64,000 nt of DNA from the human T2T-CHM13v2.0 reference genome, Homo sapiens: assembly GCF_009914755.1 (NCBI RefSeq), contig NC_060926.1, one strand, 5' to 3'. Position numbers and translations under genes: made by a program. The notes under the pieces are model-generated. The model was not told where the DNA came from, ran no database searches, and saw only the letters and a program-made list of their open reading frames with translations. Shown piece after piece: positions 12,761 through 25,367 of the stretch. Numbering within the stretch: position 1 is the stretch's first letter; the number at the start of each line of letters is the position of its first letter.

Positions 12761-13604
12761 GGCACATGGGAAGCACTAAACAAATATTAAATAAATGTGT
12801 TGATAACGAAGGAATGAAGTTATTCATTTTAATTACAGAATGATTCCTTCACATTGTAATCCAAAAAAAAAAATCCAAAATATAGTACAAAGCAATTATA
12901 ATTGTTAACGACGTGTGGATGTTTGTATTCCCTCCCTGATAACAACCTTCAATTCTTGGTCTTGTTTTATCTTTCTAGTAATTTCTATAACTTTCATAAA
13001 TGGTTGTCTTTTTTCCTCTAATCTTCTCTTATTTTTGATTAAATGGATATTTCTATCAATATGCACCTTTAGTTTTATATGATAGTTATGTTTTTAGCTA
13101 TTACAACATTTTTTCTCTTCAGATATAAATAAGGAATTGATGTCCAGTTGTGGAATTAATCACTCCCTTATCCCTACGCAGATGCTAGGAGATTCAGCAA
13201 GAAAAATAGAAAGAACAGACTTTAACACCTCAAATAGTGTGCCATTTAAAGGTAGTTTTCTATGTATCTTGAGGCATTGATGGCACCATTTGCATGTATA
13301 CTACCTAAAACTTGGCAATTTGGATATCTCAGGTGTACATATTATTGCTTTTCTTCTTTGACAAAAAATAAAATGCAACATTCAGAATATAACCATCAGT
13401 TTGCTACCATCCATGCTTCTATGTCCTTTGGTTTTCCAAATTTCCTCAGCAGAATTTTGAGATAAACCTACTAAATAATGTATTTCACCTAACCTCAACC
13501 CCTTTTGTCTATCGGATGTATAAATTATTTTTGCTGTCTTAAAAAAGGATTCTATCATAGTGGAAAAAAATGAGCTGATTCTAAGAGAAAACAAAGGGTG
13601 AAGC

Positions 13605-13822
13605 ACTGCAGTTATGAGCTGGAACTTTAGAATTCAATTCTTCTTTCCATCATTCTAGTTCAGTGACCTATGGAAAATTATTTCACCTCTTTTGGACCCC
13701 TTCTCATAAAATGAAAATAATAACACCTGTATCAAAAAGTTGTGGGAATTACATAATGCAAATAAAGAGAGCATTGTGAAAGCTATGTGGTAAGCCCTCA
13801 TCGAATGTTAGTTACTATTTTG
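13605..13822 (+). mobile_element. MIR
   Basis: Core gtgacctatggaaaattatttcacctct...taaaatgaaaataataacacc and 3' end aatgttagttactatt. Confidence 0.7.
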
Positions 13823-13984
13823 CTATTCTGAATGGCTCTCAGGGAGAGGCAACTGCCACAGTGTCACCTCATTTGCTGCTAAAAAGAAATTAAGAGCTAG
13901 AAAACAGGCTAGGGAATATTAAACACATTCCATTTATGAAAACATATTTGTTGGAATTTATTTTGATATAATTTCAAACTCAGA

Positions 13985-16226
13985 GGTTATGCTTTGGTTC
14001 TGTGTCCCCACCCAAATCTCACCTTGAATTGTAATAATCCCCTGTGCCAAGGGCCAGACTAGATAAAAGTAATTAGATCATGGGGGCAGTTTCCCTCATG
14101 CTGTTTTTGTGATAATAAATGAGTCTCATGAAATCTAAGGGTTTTATAAGTGTCTGGCATGTCCCCCATTTGCACTCATTCTCTCTCCTGACATGCTGTG
14201 AAGAGGTGCCTTCCATCATGATTATGTTTCCAGAGGCCTCCTCAGCCATACAAAACTGTGAGTCAATTAGACCTCTTTTCTATATAAATTACCCTGTCTC
14301 AGATATTTCTTCATAACAGTGTGAGAGCAGACTAATACAAAAAAATTGGTACTACAGAGAGTGGGATGCTGCTATAAGGATATCCAAAAATGTGGAAGTG
14401 ACTCTGGGACTCAGTAACAGGAGGAGGCTGGAACAGTTTGGAGGGCTCAGAATAAGACTGGAAAATGTAGGAAAGCTTGGAATTTGCTAGAGACTTGTTG
14501 AATGGCTTCGACCAAAATGCTGATAGTGATATGGACAATGATGTCCAAGCTGAGGTGGTCTCAGATGGAGATGAGGAATTTCTTGGGAACTGGAGTAAAG
14601 GTCACTCTTGTTATGCTTTAGCAAAGAGACTGGCAGCATTTTGCCCCTGTCCTAGAGATCTGTGGAACTTTGAATTTGAAAGAGATGATTTAAGGTATCT
14701 GGCAGAAGAAATTTCTAAGTGGCAAAGCATGCAAGAGGAAGTTTGAAAAAATAAAATTTGGAAAAAATTGCAGCCTGAAGATGCAATAAAAAAGAAAAAT
14801 CCATTTTCTGGGGAGAAATTCAAGCCTGCTGCAGAAATTTGCATAAGTAACAGGGAGCCAAGAGTTAATCACCAAGACAATGGGGAAAATGTCTCCAGGT
14901 CAGGTCAGAGACCTTTGCAGCAGCTACTCTTATCACAGGCCCAGAGGCCTAAGAGGGAAAAAAAAAATGGCTTTGTGGGCTGCGCCCAGGCCCACCCTGC
15001 TGTGTGCAGCCTAAGGACTTGGTGCTCTGCATCCCAGCCACTCCAGCCATGGCTAAAAGGGGTCAAGGTACAGCTCAGGCTGTGACTTCAGAGGGTGCAA
15101 GCCCCAAGCCTTGGCAGCTTCCACATGGTGTTGAGTCTGAGAGTGAACAGACGTCAAGAAGTGTAATTGGGTAACCTCTGCCTAGATTTCAGAAAATGTA
15201 TAGAAACACCTGGATGTCCAGGGAGAAGTTTCCTGCAGGTGTGGGGCCCTCATGGAGAACCTTTGCTATGGCAGTGCAGAAGGGAATTGTGGGGATGGAG
15301 CCCCCACACACAGTCCTCACAAGAACACTGCCTAGTGGAGCTGTGAGAAGAGGGCCACCATCCTCCAGACTCCAGAATGGTAGTTCCACTGACAGCTTGT
15401 ACTGTGCACCTGGAAAAGCCACAGACACAATGCCTGCCATGAAAGCAGCCAGGAGGGGAGCTATACCCTGCAAAGCTACAAGAATGGAGCTTGTCAAGAC
15501 TGTGGGAGCCCACCCGTTGCATTAACACCATCTGGATGTGAGACATGAAGTCAATAGAACTTTAATGTTTAGTGACTGCCCTATTTAGTTTCGGACTTGC
15601 ATGGGGCCTGTAGCACCTTAGTTTTGGCCAATTTCTTCCATCTGAAACAGGTGTATTTACTCAATGCCTGTACCTTCATTGTATCTAGGAAGTAAGTAAC
15701 TTGCTTTTGATTTTATAGGTTAATAGGCAGAAGGGACTTGCCTTAACTCAGATGAGACTCTGAACTTGGAATTTTAGGTTAATACTGGAATGAGTTAAGG
15801 CTATGAGACTGCTGGAAGGGCATGAAATGTGAGGACATAAGATTTGGGAGGGTCCAGAGGTGGAAATTATATGGTTTGGCTCTGTGTCCCCACCCAAGTC
15901 TCACCTTGAATTGTAATAATTCCCATGTGTCAAGGGTGGCCACCAGGTAGAGTAATTGGATCATATGGGGGCAGTTTTCCCCAGGCTGTTCTCTTGATAG
16001 TGAGTGAGTCTCATAAGACCTGATGGTTTTATAAGCTTCTGGCATTTTCCTTGCTTGTATTCATTGTCTCTCCTGCTGCCCTGTGATGACATGCATTCTG
16101 CCATGATTGCAAGTTTGCTGAGGCCTCCCTAGCCATGCAAAACTGTGAGTCAATTAAATCTCGTGTCTTTATAAATTGCCCAGTCTCGGGTATTGCTTCA
16201 TAGCAGCATGGGAATAGCCTAAGACA
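13985..16226 (+). mobile_element. Full-length MaLR provirus, THE1 (C/D-like): 5' LTR ~13985-14339, internal ~14340-15866, 3' LTR ~15867-16226
   Basis: Two direct LTRs (tgtgtccccacccaa(a/g)tctcaccttgaattgtaataat...ctaa(t/g)aca); internal decayed MaLR ORF (MEFARDLLNGFDQNADSDMDNDVQAEVVSDGDEE...). Confidence 0.93.
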
Positions 16227-16321
16227 GTGGTAATTTGCAAGAACAGCACAAAGCACCGTCATATGTTTTACCAAAATTTGTCAATTATATGTTTTTCCCC
16301 AATAATTATGATTCTTTCTGT

Positions 16322-16400
16322 TTGTGTGTGTGTATATATCTATCTCTCTCTCTATATATACACACATTAATATATAAGTAATTATATAGAATATATATTT
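16322..16400. repeat. Compound (TG)/(TA)/(CT)/(CA) microsatellite
   Basis: tgtgtgtgtgtatatatctatctctctctctatatatacacac. Confidence 0.8.
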
Positions 16401-17766
16401 ATACATTTGCATAGTTATATAATGATAGTTTAGAAAATACTTACGTAATATATTACTTCCAAACATTTTGAGAGTAAGTTGCATACGTCGTGATACATTA
16501 TCTCAAAAAGCTGTAATGTGTGTATCCTAGGCATCTGATTTTTTATAACCACAGTATAATTATTAAAATCAGATTCTTTACCAATTACACAATGCTATTA
16601 TCAACTCACAATCTGTATTCAGATTTTATCCAATATCCCAATAATGCCCATTATAGTATTTTAAATCTTTTTTTTCAATACCTCAGCCTCTCTTCATTTT
16701 TCATTTGTTTATAATGACATTGACATTTTTAAAGAGCAATGACTAGTTATTTTGTAGAATGTCATACAATTTGTTTTCTGCAGTTTTCCTATAATTAAAT
16801 TAATGTTATGCAGTTTTGCAGAGAACACCAGAGAAGTGATGCTATTCCTTTTTTAGTGCATAATATCAAGAGGTACCTGATGTGAGTAGATTTCATTATT
16901 GATTATGGTAACTTTGATCACTAAGGCAAGTTGCTGTCTGCCAGGATCCTTCACTCTCCTATATTTAGCAAGTAATTTGTGGGCAAATAGTTTGAAACTT
17001 TCTTGTTCCTCATCCAACTTTTTCCTATTAGTATTAGCACTCATTTACAATTCTTGCTGAGATAAATAATTATTCTGATAACTGCAAAACTGTTCTTTTG
17101 TAATCTATGTCATTTCTTCTACCCTTACTGGAAGAGCTTTTCATTCTTCTCCATGTGGTTAATCCTTGTTTTATTTATATATTTATATGAACATGGGCAT
17201 ATATATTATTATTTTATTAAATGAATTATTAATTACACTCAGCATTAATTTTGTTGCCTAGATTGTCTGAAATTTGGTCAATGTGAGTCTCTTCAGGCTG
17301 GCTTCTGTTACTTTTTAACATGTTCTCACATTATTTGAACACTTCTTTTCATTCTCAATAAGAAAGATGTTTCTGCCTTATCTTATACTTTTCAATCACA
17401 GTTCTAGAATCAGCAATTTTTCCAAGGCAATCAGATTTCTTTTACGATAAATATTTTGGGACTAAGATCAGGGCTTTTGGTAATTATTACTGGAGTTTTC
17501 TTTTGTCTAGGCACTCTTAATAGCAGGGCTAGGAAGTAGTATCTGTGTGTGAATATAGATATATGCATGTATCTGTATCCTCTATATCTATCTTTGTATA
17601 CTAAAACCACAAGTTGCTATTGATACCTCCAATTCTAATTTAATACCATAGATGTGTTAGGATGTAGAGAACAACACTCCAAAGTGCAGTGCTGTGGCAT
17701 GTTGAGTACTTTTGTATTAAAAGAAGTTTAAAAACCTTAGAAGTAGCCTTTAGAACCAAAAACTTT

Positions 17767-18817
17767 GTTTTTGTAAACCACAAATACATTTATTCCTCTA
17801 GAAAGAGTATGCCATCTCTTCAATTTTAAAATATTATTATCAATTGTCTTTGGAGATTGCTTACTCTTCCTAAGCTGATTTTTAGAAATCTCAGTCTGAG
17901 CAGACCAATTCACCAGCACCATCAACCAGCGAGCTATAAAACTATCCTTTGCTAGAGCAAGAAGACACTTAAGATCTATTCAACAAAACAGCTTTAAGTG
18001 TTTACACAAGGGGCACTCACAGCCATTTGTCACACATTCCAGAGCTTCATAACCCCCTTTTAAATGGTCTAACTCCTAACCCAGTCTCTTTTTATACTCT
18101 GTAAACAAGGAATCACCCAAGTGAGATATTCCTTCAGAGTATTGTTGAAAATGGATCAAACGTGGAGAAAACCCAGATCCTTGTTCTCAAGTGTTGAAAA
18201 TATTTTATATTAGCAAATAGAACAACCTTAGATATATTCTGTTATGTTCTAATGAGTTTGTATTCCCCCTTTTTGATAATGTCTTTAATTTGTTCTGAGA
18301 CCTTTCTTTTATATCAATATGGTTCTATTATATCAATATGGTCATTTCATTCTATTGCTTTTAACTACTTTTGATACTCCAGTGGCAAACTCTTCTTTTG
18401 TACCCAGGCAAACAACCTTTTTATACTGTAGTGATGGAGATGCACTCTCGTACTTTCTCCTCAGGTAATTTTGACAGGTTATTTCTCTTCCTTGTTGAGT
18501 AAAAACTTTATCTTCTATTACAAAAGCTGTTTCACTATTAACTTTTCCTTGCCTGCATGCCAAGTTTGACTAGTTTGGCCTTGGGAATTGCCAAAGTCAA
18601 GCTTAAAATCCTGCAGGTAGGCCATGCAGAAGAATGCCACTGAGGTTGCTGCTGTAGGTGAAGTATAGAAAGCTCTCCTCATCCTGGCCTGGGACAGCCT
18701 CACAGCCTGCATGGGAGTCAAGAGTAGGGATGTGAGGAGTGAACAGAGAGCACTGTGCAGTGGCCAGTGACACCAGCCCAGTGACCACCACGCCACCAAC
18801 TCAGGGTTAGTGGACTC
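17767..18817 (-). pseudogene. GGCT: Processed pseudogene of GGCT (gamma-glutamylcyclotransferase)
   Basis: Frameshifted peptides GCEAVPGQDEESFLYFTYSSNL, AFFCMAYLQDFKLDFGNSQGQTSQTWH and VIEDKVFTQQGREITCQNYLRRKYESASPSLQYKKVVCLGTKE match recalled human GGCT; no introns; stop TAG at 18249-18251; AATAAA at 17789-17794 (minus); A-rich tail remnant; TSD tagaaccaa(aa/gg)acttt at 17751-17766 and 18818-18833. Symbol names the parent gene; which GGCTP locus this is was not determined. Confidence 0.95.
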
Positions 18818-18963
18818 TAGAACCAAGGACTTTCTAATCTTCTCATGTTTCTCCCTCTTCATCCTCTACAAGGGCAGGGAGAGGTTTGCTCTGGAAATTC
18901 CCTTCTCTGATGGCAACTTACAAAAGAAATGCAATTGTCTTAAACAATCTCCTCTCTAGGAAT

Positions 18964-19220
18964 CTCATCTCACTGATATGTGGGAGCTAAGCTATGAGGA
19001 TGCAAAGCCATAAGAATAATACAATAGACTTTGGGAACTTGGGGGGAAGAGTTGGATGAGGGTGAGGGATAAAAGAAAACAAATATGGTACAGTGTATAC
19101 TGCTTGAGTGATGGGTGCACCAGGCTCTCACAAAACTCCACGAAAGAACTTATTCAGGTCACCAAATACCATCTGTACCCCAATAAGTTATGGAAAGATA
19201 AAATTTTAAAAATAATAATA
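18964..19220 (+). mobile_element. L1PB (L1PB1-like) 3' end
   Basis: tgtgggagctaagctatgaggatgcaaag...gtgatgggtgcacc...ctgtaccccaataa plus A-rich tail. Confidence 0.85.
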
Positions 19221-22014
19221 ATCAGGAAAGATAAACCCCTGAGTAGAGAAGAAACTAAAAGTTGTCACCACACCCAGAGATACTTTTTATCTATTCTTCT
19301 GAGGACAGCTCCGAATCATTTCTGAAGAGACTTTATCTGCAGAAGAAGACAAGCTTTGTTCACAGTGCAATTTCACCCCTCACCTTTCTATAACTTGTTG
19401 GTGTCATTCAGCTTCCAAAGACAGTAATTTACAAACTATTGCCTGCTCTTTGGGCCCATTCAATTCTCCTAAAAATTATTTACAACATCTCAAATTTATC
19501 TATATTTCCCCCACCTCCCTCTTCCCTCTGAATACGGTATATGAGCTTTAACCACCTGGCCTTTCTTTGAGACTCATTTCAGGTATTTGAAAAGGAAATA
19601 ACAGCAACAAAATATAAACAGTTTTAAAAAGCATAATATTTTTCTTGACATGCCTCCATTCTAATTATCATAGTTATATTTAAATAAATGGCCCAAACAC
19701 CTGAACAATCAAGGTAACTTTTAAAGTTATCTTATTTAATACTTTCATCAGAGTATTTTGGATGGTCTTGCATCACAGGCAAATTAAAATGGCTACAACA
19801 TTTGCAAAACATAAGAAAATATGAGTCAGAAAATTATGAAATGCATATATATATATATTTCTGCTATTTTCCACATTTTAAAAAGCTAAATTGATGAGCT
19901 TAAATTTCTGAATTTCTGCTTTCTCTCTCTATCCCCAGTCACTTCATGTTATTTCGGGAAGGATTCAGAAACTGTTAAAATAAAATAACATGTTTACAGG
20001 CAATTATGTAATAACAACCACAGCTGTTCTTGACTCTTGGACAACTTTCTAGTCATTTTGCTATGATGTAATAGTAGAAGTGCTGACTACCATAGAGGTA
20101 GTTAAGTTACAGTGGTGTTTACTGATGTATTTATAGATGCATTCTATTCAGTTTTGAAACCACAGCAGAATTAACCAAACAGAAAGACAGAGGTCACCAT
20201 AAAACACTTTAGTTTTCTCCAAAGAGAAAATTAAATGGCTCTTATCAATTACCTTTATCAACTAATTTGTCTAAATATCTGCAAGCAGACCTGAAGTCAT
20301 TGATAGGGTCTGTGATTTGACGGGGAAGTAGGGAAGGTGATCCATTAGCTGTATCATTAGTATTTTCCAAGTGCACGTTTCTATAGAAGCACATTCTGGT
20401 ATTGTCCACTCACAGACTCGGAACAAGCACAATACATCAGAGCAAGACTGCCTTTGAAACATTTTTCACTTTATTTTTCCTACATTACATCATTACTTTT
20501 TTCTTACAAAGGAAACTAAAATACTTTTTAACCTTCCTAACCAGCTTGACTTCCTCACTTCCAATGTATGTTATCTTGTTGAGTGCATCCTCTCAGACCT
20601 CTTTCTGTGCATTATATATGCACATACATGTCCACGCCAATATTCTTGCCATTATCCAGGTCACCTAAAGAATGAACAGCCTTGGGCAATTCAAATTTTG
20701 CACCCAGTCACATATCTTATTTTATCTAAGTTTATTTAAGTGAAGCATAACACACAGTTCAATGAGAAAGAAAATAAGCGACAGAGAGGTACCCTGTAGT
20801 TTGCAATGTGAAGAGTGTGGAAAGAGTGTTACACTTTATCCTTCCAATGGTGAGGGTTGTTGAGGTAGAAATGAGAGAGGTTGACATCCTTCCTCTTCCT
20901 TTTTTTTTTTTTTTTTTTTCAGTTTCTTTTCTCTATTTTTTTAAAACTCTAGTAGGGAACAACTTCAGAAAGCCAGGCTACTGCATCAATTTGAAACATT
21001 CTATGGATAAAAATGCTTCCAAAATAGATGGTAGATGGCAGTGTTTTCTGTCCCTCTTGATACTTGGTATTATTATTATTATTATAAATAGAAATACTAT
21101 TCTCCACAGATGACAGCTAGCAATCCTGTCCAAATTTATTGTGAGCACAACAACTTTTAGTAAAATACTTGAACTCAAAGTTACATTATAAAACCCCCAG
21201 TGACTGCATATATGTCCAAATACATAGAGCATTCGCTAATGAGTGATCACATTTATCCTGGAGTTGTAGATGCACACTTCAAGTAATAAAATAGGATGAT
21301 ACCAGAAATGACATAAGATTTGAGTTGAGATTGTAACACCTGCCTTCATCTCATGGACACAGCAGCCCCAGAGATGCATCGCTCATGTTCAAGCTTCAGT
21401 TAGTGTCTTCCACACAGGCTATCTGAAGTGACAGTTGAGATCCTGGTAAAATGCAGCTTCTAATCACTTTGGCTTCTTTTGTTCACATTGGCACTGCAAG
21501 ATTAAAGCTATTTTGTATTTCATTTAGAAAAAACAAAAGATAAAGACATTTCCAGAAGGCTCAGGTGCTCAAGGGCAAGGGAAGGTGCCTGAATCCACAG
21601 AGGGCTTGGCATAGCTCTCTTCTGCTACAATTGGCCTAGAACAACACAGATGGGTTGTGTGCGAGGTGACAAAATGCTTGGGAAGGTGAAACCACTCCTG
21701 AGGAGAGGAGCCAGCAATAGCAAATAAGGCATTAAATTGGCAAAGGAAGTGAAAATTTAAACTCACAAACTCTAACAGGAACCACTGAGTATATACAACT
21801 CCCAAGTGCCCAACAATTTTAGATGAGTTAAATGGTTTAGGAGTTTACAAAAAGAGGCAAATGTACTTACATGGATCAGTACTTAAATAATTTTCCTTTA
21901 TTATTTTTAGTTTATTTTACTAAAGGTAATTTTATTTATAACCCCTCAATTTGTATAAAATAAAAACAAAAGACACCATCACAGAACAAACGACTATGGT
22001 TAACATGCAATATA

Positions 22015-22210
22015 TTTTTAAATTAAAATTTATTTGGAGATAATTGTGGATTTAAATACAGTTGCAAGAAATCATCTGGAGAAATCTTGTGTATCTCTTA
22101 CCAGCTTACTCAGTGATAACATTTTATAAAATTATAGTACAATATCATAACCAAGATATTGACATTGATGCTTTTAAGATACAGAAGAGTTCCATTACCA
22201 CCAGGTTCCC
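22015..22210 (-). mobile_element. L1MC1/2-like 3' end fragment
   Basis: aattatagtacaatatcataaccaagatattgacattgat motif. Confidence 0.7.
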
Positions 22211-22230
22211 AGATCATGTCATGCATTTTA

Positions 22231-22599
22231 TTTTTTATTTTATTATTATTATTATTATACTTTAAGTCCTAGGGTACATGTGCACAACATGCAGGTTTGT
22301 TACATAGGTATACGTGCGCCCTGTTGGTTTGCTGCACCCATCAACTCGTCATTAACATTAGGTATTGATCCTAATGCTATCCCTCCCCCAGTCCCCCACC
22401 CCACAACAGGCCCAGGTGTGTGATGTTCTCCACCCTGTGTCCAAGTGTTCTCATTGTTCAATTCCCACCTATGAGAGAGAACATGTGGTGTTTGGTTTTC
22501 TGTCCTTCTGATAGTTTGCTCAGAATGATGGTTTCCAGCTTCATCCATGTCCCTGCAAAGGACATGAACTCACCCTTTTTTAAGGCTGCATAGTATTCC
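22231..22599 (-). mobile_element. 5'-truncated L1PA (PA5-7-like) 3' end
   Basis: Primate L1 3'UTR (agggtacatgtgcacaacatgcaggtttgttacatagg); (TTA)n-decayed tail; TSD catg(t/c)catgcatttta at 22215-22230 and 22600-22615. Confidence 0.93.
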
Positions 22600-23479
22600 C
22601 ATGCCATGCATTTTAAATCCCTAGATTAGCATATCTAAGTGTTAGCTTAATACATTAAATAACAAGCATGGTGCTGGGACCCATATAGACTATATTTGCT
22701 GTATTTAAGGAATTAAAAATACAATCGGGTAGAAGGTACATAAATTTGCCAAGAGTTGACAATATCTGGCACTGAGAATTATGGCAAGAATTAGTATTTA
22801 AGTATCAAACACTCTTATCATTTAATCTTCACAACTTTTCGAAATAAGTATAATTATTATTGCCATTGCACGGATGAAGGAAATGAAGTTCTTCAGTTAG
22901 GAATACATGGAGCTAGAATTTAAAGCTGTCTAGACAATGTGTCAAATGAGTTTGAGGAGGCAGAGATAGATCTCTGGGGAACCCTCAAGATGGATACCCA
23001 GAAATTGTGAAATTTGGATTCCACTCAAATTGTAATTAGAACCTAGTTAAGTAAGGAGTATCAAAATGTGCTTGACAAAAGGAAAAAGAGGAAGATGTGC
23101 AAGAAGAATAATCGATAGTAGTGACTAGAAGAATTTGTCTAGGGGCTTGAGCAGATTGGTAGAGTTGGGAGAAAAAGAAATAAAGTAACTATTCATGTTG
23201 ATTCTAGGAGCTTAATTAGAAAAGCCATTATATTAAAATGATGGTAATGCAATAAATAAATCAAGTAATAATAACATTTATTAATGTTGTGACAGACCAC
23301 ATTCTTGGCACTTTCTTTGTATTACTCCATTAATATTGCATGATAACCCTTTCCCTAATTTCCTCAAAAATGTTTACTGCCAAAACTATTGCTATTACAA
23401 TAAGTAAACTATGTACTTTTCTTTAATTGAAATAGGCAAATAGTGACTGAAGCACAAAACAAAACAGATTCAACTCTCA

Positions 23480-24200
23480 GTCTTAGTTCATTCGGGCTGC
23501 TATAACAAAATACCATCCACTAGGAGGCTTATAAATGACAGACATTTATTTTTCACAGTTCTGGAGGCTGGAAGTCTGAGATCAGGGAGCCAGGACAGTC
23601 AGATTTTGGTGAGGGTTCATAGATGGCAGTTGATATGATATAGCTGTGTCCCCACCCAAATCTCATCTTGAATTTTAGTTCCCATAATCCCCAAGTGTCA
23701 TGAAAGGGACCCAGTGGGAGGTAATTGAATCATGAGGACATTACCCCGATGCTGTTCTCGTGTTAGTGAATGAGTTCTCATGAGATCTGATGGTTTTATC
23801 AGGGACTTTTCACCCTTTGCTCAGCACTTCTCCTTTCTGCTGCCCTGTGAAGAAGGTACCTTTCTTCCCCTTCACCTTCCACCATGATTGTAAGTTCCCT
23901 GAGGTTTCTGGGCTATGCAGAACTATGAGTCAATTAAACATCTTTTCTTTATAAATTACTCAGTCTTGGATATTTCTTCATAGCAGTGTGAGAACAGACT
24001 AATATAACAGTCTTCTTGTGTCCACTCTTGGCAGAAGAAATGAGGCGCTCTCTGTGGTATCTTTTGTAAAAGCACTAATCCTTTCAGTAACCCTCATGAC
24101 CTAATGACCTTCCAAAGGCCACACCTTCAAATACCATCACACTAGGGATTAGGTTTGAACATATGAATATTTAGGGGACATAAACATTCGGTCTATTGTG
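23480..24200 (-). mobile_element. MLT1A0-like MaLR LTR split by a THE1 LTR
   Basis: gtcttagttcattcgggctgctataacaaaatacc ... ggggacataaacattcggtctat. Confidence 0.8.
23631..24006 (+). mobile_element. THE1 (D-like) solo LTR
   Basis: tgatatg...tgtgtccccacccaaatctcatcttgaatt...gactaatata; 5-bp TSD gcagt/acagt. Confidence 0.9.
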
Positions 24201-25367
24201 TTCAGTTATTCAAGATCTGATATTTCAGGTATTCTTGGCTCCAAACCCATTGCACTGCTCACTTGCACTCTCCCCAAATGAGTGGGAATTTTGAGATGGG
24301 GGTAAGAGGAGATCATTATGTAAATATGCTTGTGGTCATTGCTAGGACTAACATGTAAGAATTTTATTTTTTACTTCCTCCCTCTGCACTACCATATTTT
24401 TTGCAAGCTATTTAGTAATGTTTGGTTTATCAATGCAATTGTTTTTCTTATAATAGACATGTTGGTGCAATTACTTGATATTACAAAAGGTGTCAAAGGA
24501 AAGTTTATAGACCACTAAGTCACAACTACCACCTGGCAGCAGACAATTTTAAGACTTCATAGATTTTAAGATACACCTGAATTTAGGAAAGGTTTGAGTG
24601 TGGGGAAAAAAATCTGTCTTGGAATCAATACAAGTAATTAAGGGCTAATAACTATTAAGCACTTATACCTTTGCTTTTATATTCATTTTGTCTCTCATCT
24701 AATTATAGAAGCTTAGGAACTAATCCTCCCCCAAACCACAAAAATGGTCTTAGTATGCACTTTCTTGAATGCCTGACCTGTCCTCTCACCTACTTCTCCC
24801 CAGACATTTCTTCCTCCATCCTTAAATCATTTCTCCTAAAATTCACATTCACGCATATCTCTTTGGACCAACTTTTTAAGCTAGTCTCTAAAAGTTCAAT
24901 TCCCTGAACTACTGCTTCTGTTCTGGTGTGTCTTTAAAGTTGCTCATGCATTCTAAACTTTGCTCTGTTCATGGAATATAGCCTCAGGGGCAAGTTGTAC
25001 TATTTCCCAGAGTCAAACTCTGCCCTTCAACAAAAGTCAACAGGTACCTACAAACTCCTCAGGATACACTTTAGCAGCTAAATTTTTTTCTACCACCTTA
25101 TAGGTAGCTGTAATTCCAGTTTGCAAGCCATGCTTTTTTATATAAAAGTGCTATTAGAAAAGAACAGAATTTAGGAAATAAAGTTAGTAAACAGTTTTTT
25201 CAATGACCCAAGACAGGGCCAAGGTGGTAAATTTGAGGGTTGCCAGAAGAAATCCCCCAGGGGGGGAAAAAATATTTTCCCCAGACAAAAGAAAATGTCT
25301 GAAAGCATTTGATTACAGAATTGAAATAACCATTACCAAGGCTCATTAAGGCCCCTTTCTTTCATGG

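Larger units (their letters stand above)
13954..17650 (-). mobile_element. Old L1 3'UTR (L1MC4/5-like), interrupted by the THE1 provirus
   Basis: ttttattttgatataatttcaaactca (13957) continues after 16226 as ttgcaagaacagcacaaag...ttgagagtaagttgca. Confidence 0.7.
17655..19578 (+). mobile_element. ERV1 LTR (MER39/LTR29/MER34 group) hosting the GGCT pseudogene and an L1PB tail
   Basis: Starts tgttaggatgtagagaacaacactccaaagtgcagtgctgtggcatgttgagtact; resumes after the TSD at 18818 and after the L1 at ~19220. Confidence 0.65.

Noticed and set aside
14477-15546. Overlapping 60-109 aa ORFs, and similar ones at 41739-42313
   Set aside because: Decayed MaLR internal ORF in GC-richer sequence; no intact gene
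18518-18862. 114-aa ORF containing GGCT residues
   Set aside because: A chimeric frame that begins in the host LTR and crosses frameshifts; it lacks most of the GGCT fold
20890-20925. Long polypyrimidine tract ending in CAG, a possible splice acceptor
   Set aside because: No plausible downstream exon or donor; most simply a poly-T run
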